NCBI GenBank assembly: GCA_020199975.1
Contig: JAIVJP010000284.1
Location: 7,749-71,748 of the forward strand
Length of the DNA: 64,000 nucleotides
Source: Acidobacteriota bacterium
Lineage (GTDB): Bacteria > Acidobacteriota > Blastocatellia > Pyrinomonadales > Pyrinomonadaceae
Direction of reading: 5' to 3'
Shown piece by piece: positions 56,786 to 64,000 of the stretch. Made by a program: the position numbers and the translations under genes. The number at the start of each line of letters is the position of its first letter. Within the stretch, counting starts at the first letter, position 1. The notes beneath the pieces are model-generated. The model did no database searches and had not been told where the DNA came from. It saw nothing but the letters and a program-made list of their open reading frames with translations.

Positions 56786-56877
56786 CCGCTGGGCTTTGGT
56801 CTTTGGCCTTTGAAACAGCGTGCAGCTGTGCGGAGTACAAAAGGCTAAGACCAAAGCCAAAAGGCCAAAGACCAGCA
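56786..56877. repeat. paired-heptamer hairpin element (GGTCTTT / AAAGACC)
   Basis: Left arm GCTGGGCTTTGGTCTTTGGCCTTTG; right arm CAAAAGGCTAAGACCAAAGCCAAAAGGCCAAAGACCAGC. It lies between the two permease genes. Confidence 0.85.
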
Positions 56878-56884
56878 GACTTTT

Positions 56885-57700
56885 ATGAACCGTCTAACTA
56901 TCGTCGGCCTCGTTATTGTTGCGGTGCTCGTGATCGTCGCACTGTTCGCGCCGTGGATCGCCACGCACGATGTAGGAGCAACTAATCTTTCTCTTCGCTA
57001 CCTTCCCCCATCGGCTCAATACTTCTTCGGAACTGATTCTACTGGTCGAGACATTTTTTCACGGGTGGTTTTTGGAGCCCGAATCTCGCTTCAAGTCGGC
57101 ATAGTTGTCGTCTCGGTATCGGCTTTTGTGGGGACGACTCTGGGTGCCCTCGCAGGCTACTACGGGGGCTGGATCGACCGCATAGTATCGGGCTACGTCT
57201 TTAACGTCTTCCTCGCCTTCCCTGGATTACTGCTGGCCATTGCGATGGTCGCGTTTTTGGGCGCCGGTTTGAATAAACTTATCTTTGCGCTGTGCGTTAT
57301 TGGCTGGGTGGGCTACGCGCGTTTGATTCGGGGACAGGTCTTGAAAGTCCGCGAATACGACTTCGTTCAGGCGGCGCGCGCGTTGGGAGCTAGTGACAGG
57401 CGCATCCTGATGGTCCATATATTGCCGAACGCTATTCAACCGTTGATCGTGCAGGCCAGCCTCGGCATGGCCGGCGCGGTTTTGGCGGAAGCAGCACTTT
57501 CGTTTCTTGGCTTGGGTGTACCGCCGCCGGCCCCGTCATGGGGCGTAATGATTGAAGAAGCGCGTGACCTCTCCACGCTTCAGGCAGCCCCACACGCGTT
57601 GATCTTTCCCGGCATTGCGATAGCGCTGACCGTGCTCGCCTTTAACTTCATCGGCGATGGGCTGCGCGAGTACCTTGATCCGCGCCAACGCTCTCGCTGA
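56885..57700 (+). CDS. ABC transporter permease, DppC/OppC family
   Basis: 271 aa with an EAA-like loop (FVQAARALGASDRRIL). Confidence 0.85.
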   Translation: MNRLTIVGLVIVAVLVIVALFAPWIATHDVGATNLSLRYLPPSAQYFFGTDSTGRDIFSRVVFGARISLQVGIVVVSVSAFVGTTLGALAGYYGGWIDRIVSGYVFNVFLAFPGLLLAIAMVAFLGAGLNKLIFALCVIGWVGYARLIRGQVLKVREYDFVQAARALGASDRRILMVHILPNAIQPLIVQASLGMAGAVLAEAALSFLGLGVPPPAPSWGVMIEEARDLSTLQAAPHALIFPGIAIALTVLAFNFIGDGLREYLDPRQRSR

Positions 57701-57702
57701 AC

Positions 57703-58455
57703 ATGCGCAAAATCTTCAAGACTCTCTTTCTAATTCTTGCCGGCGTCCTGTTGGGTTTCCTCGCCTACCAGGCGATTTTGTTCATACGCATATCGCGTTT
57801 GAAAACAGAAACGCCGTTATCGACTTCTCTTATCGAGGCGCGCTCAAAGGAAGCCCGGTCTCAAGGGCGGGCGCCAAAGCGTGAACAAGTATGGCTATTG
57901 CTCGAGCGAGTCTCTCCAAACCTTCAGCGTGCGGTACTGGCCGGCGAAGACACAAATTTCGTAACTCATAGTGGCTTTGATTATGGAGCCATTCAAAAGG
58001 TTTGGGATCAGGGCATGCGTGAAGCAGCTAAGGAAGCACAGAAGGAAGGTGAGAATGACGACTGGTTGCCGAACCTTCCGGACTTCAAACGTGGCGCATC
58101 AACAATTACGCAGCAGCTGGCCAAGAATCTCTATCTCTCGTCGCAACGATCTTTTTTCCGCAAGGGTCAGGAAGCAATTCTTACCATTTTCCTGGAACGT
58201 GAACTAAACAAGCGCCGCATTTTGGAACTGTATTTAAACGTTATTGAGTGGGGCGATGGTATTTATGGAGCAGAAGCCGCGGCTCAACATTATTTTCACA
58301 AGCCCGCATCAGCGCTCAGCGCAAATGAAGCTGCTTTTCTCGCGGCCATGATTCCGAATCCGCGCACCGTTTTTAATCCGCGAGTCAATCCCCGTCGCGT
58401 CGCTCGCCGGCAGAGAATCATTCTGCGCGGCATGCCTTACGTTCGTTTGCCTTAA
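57703..58455 (+). CDS. mtgA: monofunctional peptidoglycan glycosyltransferase (GT51)
   Basis: 250 aa with motifs EDTNFVTHSGFD, GASTITQQLAKNLYL and RILELYLNVIEWG. Confidence 0.85.
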   Translation: MRKIFKTLFLILAGVLLGFLAYQAILFIRISRLKTETPLSTSLIEARSKEARSQGRAPKREQVWLLLERVSPNLQRAVLAGEDTNFVTHSGFDYGAIQKVWDQGMREAAKEAQKEGENDDWLPNLPDFKRGASTITQQLAKNLYLSSQRSFFRKGQEAILTIFLERELNKRRILELYLNVIEWGDGIYGAEAAAQHYFHKPASALSANEAAFLAAMIPNPRTVFNPRVNPRRVARRQRIILRGMPYVRLP

Positions 58456-58484
58456 CCCAGTACGGTCTGCAAGTCCTCAACAAA

Positions 58485-58512
58485 CAAAAAAGCCGCCTCC
58501 GAAGAAGCGGCT
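58485..58512 (-). terminator. rho-independent terminator at the end of the pil operon
   Basis: Minus-sense GCCGC-ttcttcggag-GCGGC followed by TTTTTT, downstream of the roadblock-domain gene. Confidence 0.65.
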
Positions 58513-58537
58513 CTGTAAGAGTTAGGTGTGAATGTGT

Positions 58538-58903
58538 TTACATCGCAAACTCGCCGGCAATCTGTAGCTCGGCCTTGCGTAGCTCAAAGCGAGCCCGACC
58601 AAGGTTTCCTTCGGGACTTATCGCCAGAACGACAAAGTATTCTTGTCCCAACAATCGTATTAACAGCACAGCATCATCGAGCGAGATGACCAGTTCGCGC
58701 ACGTTTCCGAGACCCGTGTCTTTACCGGCCTTCTGCGCATTTCGCACCAGTGAAGTAAACTCCGCTGCCGCAATGTCGAGGTTTGCTTCCTGGCCTGCCT
58801 GCTTTAGCGAACGCTCAACGGCAATGCCATCGATACCCATAATGAGTGCACCGAGGCTTCCCTCGGTGCGCTCAATTATTGTTTCTAATACTTCCTTGAA
58901 CAC
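58538..58903 (-). CDS. Roadblock/LC7 (MglB-like) domain protein
   Basis: 121 aa with the typical N-terminal pattern LETIIERTEGSLGALIMGIDGIAVE. It starts 12 nt after the pilQ stop. Confidence 0.7.
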   Translation of the reverse strand: MFKEVLETIIERTEGSLGALIMGIDGIAVERSLKQAGQEANLDIAAAEFTSLVRNAQKAGKDTGLGNVRELVISLDDAVLLIRLLGQEYFVVLAISPEGNLGRARFELRKAELQIAGEFAM

Positions 58904-58914
58904 GAATTTTTCCC

Positions 58915-60822
58915 CTATGGACGCTGACCACCTAAGGTGCCAGGACGGGCACTGGGCGTGTTTGCTGGAGGAGCATTTGGCGCCGGAGCGTTCAGGCCTG
59001 GAGGCGCTGATTGCGGAGGCGTCTGTTGCTGCTGCAACTGCGTCGGTGTCGGAGTGTTGCTCGACGGATTGCCCAAAGGTACTGGCTGCGAGATAGTTGT
59101 GGTTCGCGGTCCAGTGCTGATGGTTCCGGCAGTTGGCCGACCTTGGTAATCAGGCCGATAGATATGCGGCGTGATGAAGAACAGGATCTCGCTGCTCTGG
59201 CGCGTCGTCAGTTTGCGCTTGAACATGTTTCCAATAATGGGAATCGAAGCAAGGCCGGGCGTTCGCTGTCGCGTCTCGCCTTCGGTATCTGCCAGCACGC
59301 CACCCATGACGGTGGTGCCGCCATCTGGCACGAGCACTTCTGTCTGCATTCGCTGTGTGTCGATGCCGGGTACGCCACCTACTGCGATACCGGTGTTGAT
59401 TGTGTTGTTCTCAATGGTAACGCGGAGAATAACAGTGCCCACATCGGTAATCTGCGGTGTGATTGAAAGACGTAAAGGAACAGAAACGAAAGTCGTGGTG
59501 ACAACCGCGGTACCGCTGGCAGCCTGGGTCGTTTGCACCGGAATCTGCGAGCCGCTTTCAATTTGCGCCGGACGGTTGTTCAAGGCAGTGACGCGCGGCG
59601 TTGCAACTGTTTTCGCTTCGCCTCTGGTTTCTGCAAGAGTTATCAATGCGCTGATTTGCGCCGAGCCGAAAAGCCCAGTCGTCAAACCGATGACTGTGCT
59701 GGCCGCGGCTGCCCCAAGAGAGCCGAGCGGTTGATTGGTCCCACTAAGTCCTCCGAAGACTCCGAACGGGTTTGGACCACTCTGTACCCCCGCGGTACCT
59801 GTTCCGCCGCCGCCTCCTCCTCCGCCAGTTCCGGTAGTGGTCGAAGTAGCGGGAAGCGTAGAGATATTAGCCAAACCTCCGCGACCGAAGTTAACAACGC
59901 CGGCTGAAAGTTGGGCGCCGAGATCGCGGCTGAAGTTGCGCTGCGCGATAACGATTCGTGTTTCGATCTCGACCTGCGGTTCCGGTTGGTCCAGAATCGC
60001 AGCCAGTTGACGAATCGCATCGATATTTTCTTTAACGTCAGTGATGATAAGCGTGTTGCTACGGCCATCGACCTCGATCGAGCCTCGGCGCGAAAGTCTG
60101 CGCGAAATGATCGGCAACAAGCCCTGGTCGCCGCTGCCCCCGGTAGCGTCTCCACCCGCTCCACCACTGAAGCTGAGGTTGGTTGAGCCACCTGAGAACG
60201 CGCCGGTGGAACCGGCGGCCTGGGCCAATGTGCCCGACGCGCGTGCGTAGTTCAAACGAATGAATTCAGTTACCAACGGAGACGCATCCAGACGTGAATC
60301 GTTGATCACTTTCTGTGTTTCTGATTCTTTCGCGAGCACTTCCGTGGTCGCTACTCGCAGTATGTTGCCACTTGTTTCAATGCCCAAACGATTCGCCTTA
60401 AGTACGGCATCCAGCGCGACGTTCCAGGGAACATCCTGAACGTTTACTGTCACCGGCACGGCGCCAACCGAAGAGTCAATTACAAAATTCACGCCATACT
60501 GTTCGGTGATGTAGTTGAGAATGTCGCGAATGTCTGCGTTGACGACGTTCAAATTGATCGGTTCGCCGATAAAGCCGGGTTGGCCATACTGCCTGCCCTG
60601 TTGCGATTGCGTTGCTTGACTAGACGTCGGTGCGGCAACTGGCGCAGGTGATGGTTGCTGTTGGGCGGCTGTTTCCATCGTCGCCGTGGCGTCGATAGAA
60701 GTTGCAGTGGTCACCGCCGCTGCGTCGCCGGCAGCAAAAATCTGGACACTGCACAGGCAAATGAAAACAAGGACGAGCGTGGCCCTCGTTATGGCTTTTT
60801 GAGTTAGAGGCAGATAAAACAT
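58915..60822 (-). CDS. pilQ: type IV pilus secretin
   Basis: 635 aa with a signal peptide, N-domains and a C-terminal secretin domain (TVMGGVLADTEGETRQRTPGLASIPIIGNMFK), then a Pro/Gln-rich tail. It is last in the pilMNOPQ order. Confidence 0.85.
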   Translation of the reverse strand: MFYLPLTQKAITRATLVLVFICLCSVQIFAAGDAAAVTTATSIDATATMETAAQQQPSPAPVAAPTSSQATQSQQGRQYGQPGFIGEPINLNVVNADIRDILNYITEQYGVNFVIDSSVGAVPVTVNVQDVPWNVALDAVLKANRLGIETSGNILRVATTEVLAKESETQKVINDSRLDASPLVTEFIRLNYARASGTLAQAAGSTGAFSGGSTNLSFSGGAGGDATGGSGDQGLLPIISRRLSRRGSIEVDGRSNTLIITDVKENIDAIRQLAAILDQPEPQVEIETRIVIAQRNFSRDLGAQLSAGVVNFGRGGLANISTLPATSTTTGTGGGGGGGGTGTAGVQSGPNPFGVFGGLSGTNQPLGSLGAAAASTVIGLTTGLFGSAQISALITLAETRGEAKTVATPRVTALNNRPAQIESGSQIPVQTTQAASGTAVVTTTFVSVPLRLSITPQITDVGTVILRVTIENNTINTGIAVGGVPGIDTQRMQTEVLVPDGGTTVMGGVLADTEGETRQRTPGLASIPIIGNMFKRKLTTRQSSEILFFITPHIYRPDYQGRPTAGTISTGPRTTTISQPVPLGNPSSNTPTPTQLQQQQTPPQSAPPGLNAPAPNAPPANTPSARPGTLGGQRP

Positions 60823-61011
60823 CTTTCCCTCCTAGGGAATTTGGGACGGGGACCGCCACACGCTACGCTCGTGCTGTTGCCAGCCTGAAGCGCGCGCCGC
60901 ACATGCGGGTCGTCCGGGTTTATTGTCAAACTGCGTAGCAGAAGGTATTGATGGGTTGACTACGCGGGGAATAGCTTCGAACCAATCGAGAGGATTCGAA
61001 ACCAGAAACAG

Positions 61012-61632
61012 CTAAGGCTTGTCCGCTGCTGGCTTCTCCGGCTTTTTCTCGTCGGCCGTAGAAGCTGCTGAAGAGGCCCTGGAGGCGAGCGCATCTATCG
61101 TACTCGGTTGTCGCAGTGGCTTCATTTCGACGGAGCGCTCTCGGCGCCCGTCCGCAAAAACTACTTCGCGACGAAAAACCAAGCGGTTGTCTTCGATCGC
61201 TACTAACTGACCATCGAAAAAACGCTCGCCGGGATAGATAACGTAGGAGAGTTTAATCGGTGACGCTTCCACGATCGCGGCATAACCACGCGGTGAGCGC
61301 GAGATGCCAACTACCTGGATTTCACTAAGCAGGAATGCAGTCGTCGGTTTCGGCGCCGCAATATGAGCACTCATCGCCGCCTGCTTTTGGGCGCGGTATT
61401 GCTCAATTCTTTGCTGAATGGAAGGGGGCATGAGCACACCACTTTTCTTCACGGACGGGCGCGGTGGCTCATATTTCTTAAACGGATCGCGTCCGCCTGG
61501 CTTCGTACGAGTAGGCGCCTTTACCTCGGTCTTGTCTTGCGCATTTGCCGACACAGATGAACCGAGCGCCAGCGCTCCTGCGCACAGGAAGATTGCCAAT
61601 GCATTCTGAAAGGTTTCCGTTTGATATTTCAT
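61012..61632 (-). CDS. pilP: PilP-like pilus assembly protein
   Basis: 206 aa with a signal peptide and a C-terminal beta-sandwich-like segment (IQVVGISRSPRGYAAIVE...DGQLVAIEDNRLVF). Positioned between pilO and pilQ. Confidence 0.6.
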   Translation of the reverse strand: MKYQTETFQNALAIFLCAGALALGSSVSANAQDKTEVKAPTRTKPGGRDPFKKYEPPRPSVKKSGVLMPPSIQQRIEQYRAQKQAAMSAHIAAPKPTTAFLLSEIQVVGISRSPRGYAAIVEASPIKLSYVIYPGERFFDGQLVAIEDNRLVFRREVVFADGRRERSVEMKPLRQPSTIDALASRASSAASTADEKKPEKPAADKP

Positions 61633-61668
61633 GATGGTTGTTTCCTGATTCGTGTTGGGCGCAAACTC

Positions 61669-62301
61669 TTATTTAGCGGGGGGTGCGGTAGCCGGTGGAA
61701 CCTGACCTGAGCCTGCAGGCTGCGCTGCCGGTTTAAGCTTCTCTGCGGAAACGTAGTAGGCAGTCAGATCAAACGTCGCCTCAACAGTTTTCAGTGAAGT
61801 CTGCTTGTCCGCCTGGGTTAGCTGAAAGTTAGTAACTGAAACGATGCGCTGGTAGTGGGCCAACTGTTCAAAGAAAGCGCGAAGCGAGGCGAACGAGCTG
61901 GTGACACTGACTTCGATCTTCTTGCCGTTGTAGTTCCCTTCCTGCACGTCATCCTTAGGCAGAAATTTCTTAAGAACCAAACCGTTGCTGCGAGCTCGAT
62001 CCTGAACGCCCTGCAATACCATTGTTATCTCACGTTGCTCGGGCAGCAACGCTTTTAGCTCTTCGTATTCTTCCTCCCGTGCCTTGTAAACGGCACGGAA
62101 TTCGTTCAATCGTTGCGATGCGATTTGCGCCTGTGCGTTCCTGGGCAGCAGCTGTGCGATCTCGTCATTGAATTGCTGCGTTTCCGCGCGGGTTGGACGC
62201 GTAACGAAATACCAGAAGCCGGCATAGAGGACCGCGGCGCCAGCCACGAACATCACTAGTCGCAGATACCAGGGCAGCGCTTTAAGATTGCCAATTTTCA
62301 T
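61669..62301 (-). CDS. pilO: type IV pilus assembly protein PilO
   Basis: 210 aa with a single TM helix, a coiled coil and a ferredoxin-like domain; the call also relies on gene order. Confidence 0.7.
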   Translation of the reverse strand: MKIGNLKALPWYLRLVMFVAGAAVLYAGFWYFVTRPTRAETQQFNDEIAQLLPRNAQAQIASQRLNEFRAVYKAREEEYEELKALLPEQREITMVLQGVQDRARSNGLVLKKFLPKDDVQEGNYNGKKIEVSVTSSFASLRAFFEQLAHYQRIVSVTNFQLTQADKQTSLKTVEATFDLTAYYVSAEKLKPAAQPAGSGQVPPATAPPAK

Positions 62302-62349
62302 CAGTTTCGTTCCTTTCCCGATTTCTCAGCGGGATTACCTCTTTGTGAG

Positions 62350-63024
62350 TTACTTTTTCAGTGCCACCTGGTTGGAGGTTGAGGGCACAGCATTCTGTGC
62401 CTGAGATTTAGAGCCATAGCTGCACTTCACGGTGAATGCTATTACTTCAGGAAGCGCGACGGTTGCATCGGCCGGGACTCCAGGGGCACTGACTGCTTGC
62501 ACAGTTTCGCGCTCCGTCTCAATGTTCAGATTGGTAAACATGCCTGATGAGAACTCCAGGCTTTGGCCAAAGCGTGTGACAGACGACTCGTTTGGCGAAA
62601 TACCCTTGATCGTAAGTTCTCCGTCTTTTTGTCCCACACTTCGTAGATACAAGCCCGGTACCTCATCGAAGCGCGTTTTAATCTCGCGGAGCACGGCACT
62701 GGGACCCTGCTGAGATTCGCGCAGCTTCTTAATCGCATCGATGCGGCTTTGGATTTCCTGCGCTTTCTTTTCCAGCTCAGACTGTTCCTTGTTCACAGCC
62801 AGCATCTGGAGGTTAATCGCCCTCTGCTTGTCCAATTCAAGGCGTGCAGTTTCGTGATTCGACTTTGAACTAACAAAGTCGTATCCCACTCCAAGAACTA
62901 ACAGACCTAGCACGGTTAGAGCCAGCAAGAGAGTCTGGATGCGCGGGTTCGCGACCCGGGCTTCAACCATTGCGGCCCCAGTGGGGCGGTCAGTAATTGA
63001 TTCAAGCAAATTGATCTTGATCAT
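62350..63024 (-). CDS. pilN: type IV pilus assembly protein PilN
   Basis: 224 aa with N-terminal MIKINLL, a TM helix and a coiled coil. Its start overlaps the pilM stop (ATGA). Confidence 0.7.
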   Translation of the reverse strand: MIKINLLESITDRPTGAAMVEARVANPRIQTLLLALTVLGLLVLGVGYDFVSSKSNHETARLELDKQRAINLQMLAVNKEQSELEKKAQEIQSRIDAIKKLRESQQGPSAVLREIKTRFDEVPGLYLRSVGQKDGELTIKGISPNESSVTRFGQSLEFSSGMFTNLNIETERETVQAVSAPGVPADATVALPEVIAFTVKCSYGSKSQAQNAVPSTSNQVALKK

Positions 63025-64000
63025 GCCGCTTCTACTCCTCTCAACGCGAGACCGACAGCAATTGCCATGTCCGGGACGATCTCTTTCATGTAATCCGGAT
63101 CAAACTTTCTGCCGTCCACCTGGATCTGTCGGAACGGATCAAACAACTCGACCGGAATCTCGAACCGCTTCGCAAGATACTCGGGCAAACCCGGCAGCTT
63201 GGAGCCGCCTCCCGATACCAAAATCTTCTGGATGGCTTCTTCGCTTTCTTCGGCTGTCGCTCGGTAGAAGTCCATGGTCTTGCGGATTTCAAGAGCCAGG
63301 ATGTCGGAGACGGTTTCAATGATCGGTTGTATCGGACGCGGTTCGATGCCTTCGGGCACCGGATAACCACGCTTCACAGCCTCTGCTTGCTCAAACGTCA
63401 AGCCAAGTTCTTTTTGCAGTAAGCTGGTGTACTGACTGCCGCCGACTGAAGCATCGCGTGCAAACACCGAGCGTGTGCCGTTCAAAATGTTGATGTTCAT
63501 CGTGGAGGCGCCGATGTTGAGCAACGCCACGACTTCGCCTGCTTTCGGCTGGTAGTTCAGCTCATAGCAGTTTTGCAGCGCAAACGAATCAACGTCGATA
63601 ACGACGGGCTGTTTGCCGGCCAATTGAATGGCCTGCTTAACGTTGGCAATCTTGTCACTCTTGCACGCTGCCATGAGTACGTTCAAAGCATCTGAGGTAC
63701 TGCTGGTGACCTGGTAATCAAGATTCACGTCAGAGATATCGAACGGTATGTGTTCTTCAGCATGCCAACTGAACGACTCTTGCAGTTCGTCTTCACTCAT
63801 CTGGGGGAGGACGATGTTTTTCACAATGACGGAATGGCCGCTGACTCCGGCTGCGACCCTCGAGGTCTTGATCTGATGCTCGTTGAAGATGCTGTTGATC
63901 ACGTTAGATACGTTATTCAACTCCATAATCTGACCGTCGACTATGGTGTCCGCCTGAAGATTCTCGAATCCCAGGTTCACGAGGTGAAGGTTGTCTCCCT
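63021..64000 (-). CDS. pilM: type IV pilus assembly ATPase-fold protein PilM (5' end outside window)
   Basis: Actin/FtsA-like fold motifs (LLNIGASTMNINI, ILVSGGGSKLPGL). The reading frame stays open upstream of the GTG at 63980 to the window edge, so the gene is partial. Confidence 0.8.
   Translation of the reverse strand, partial: GDNLHLVNLGFENLQADTIVDGQIMELNNVSNVINSIFNEHQIKTSRVAAGVSGHSVIVKNIVLPQMSEDELQESFSWHAEEHIPFDISDVNLDYQVTSSTSDALNVLMAACKSDKIANVKQAIQLAGKQPVVIDVDSFALQNCYELNYQPKAGEVVALLNIGASTMNINILNGTRSVFARDASVGGSQYTSLLQKELGLTFEQAEAVKRGYPVPEGIEPRPIQPIIETVSDILALEIRKTMDFYRATAEESEEAIQKILVSGGGSKLPGLPEYLAKRFEIPVELFDPFRQIQVDGRKFDPDYMKEIVPDMAIAVGLALRGVEAA

Noticed and set aside
55781-57700. Dpp/Opp permease pair lacking adjacent ATPase and substrate-binding genes as an unusual orphan transporter
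   Set aside because: The partner genes may simply lie elsewhere or outside the operon. The window gives no evidence of anything beyond a split ABC system.
1-64000. Mobile genetic element, prophage, genomic island or defence system
   Set aside because: I recognised no integrase, transposase, recombinase, phage structural, toxin-antitoxin, restriction-modification or cas genes. I also saw no tRNA-flanked boundary and no obvious block of foreign-looking gene content. The novelty in this window appears to lie in non-coding repeats and in the respiratory cluster rather than in a defence island.

Overview
This is a densely coding 64-kb chromosomal window. I found no rRNA, tRNA, CRISPR array, transposase, integrase, phage or recognisable defence genes. 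Most genes are housekeeping. They include two-component and c-di-GMP signalling, an MsbA-like exporter, yicC-gmk-rpoZ, ETF-ubiquinone oxidoreductase, a pdhABC operon, an M14 peptidase, metH, coaD, an aminotransferase, and an ECF sigma factor coupled to a TonB-C fusion protein. They also include ubiE/menG, two Dpp/Opp-type permeases, mtgA and a pilMNOPQ type IV pilus operon cut by the window end. The centre (about 26.7-42.9 kb) is one co-directional minus-strand respiratory supercluster. It encodes a Rieske protein, a split cytochrome b, a 1180-aa membrane-anchored protein with eight CxxCH motifs and a cupredoxin-type protein with a signal peptide. Downstream come haem A synthesis (ctaA, ctaB), an aa3-type oxidase (subunits II, I, two III-like, IV) and several small accessory ORFs. 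The protein styles suggest an Acidobacteriota-like organism, but that is only inference. The least explained signal is non-coding. At least 12 intergenic spacers are filled by long hairpins whose two arms are runs of imperfect tandem heptamers and their reverse complements. Different heptamers are used at different loci, and unit variants are mirrored between the arms. A second hairpin family (TTTAG...CTGAAGG shoulders, 3 copies) and a cluster of short GCGTAGC-type palindromes are also present. Several six-frame ORF starts are N-terminal extensions created by reading through these repeats, and I trimmed them. One conserved-looking small ORF (55 aa) falls below the ORF-track cutoff.
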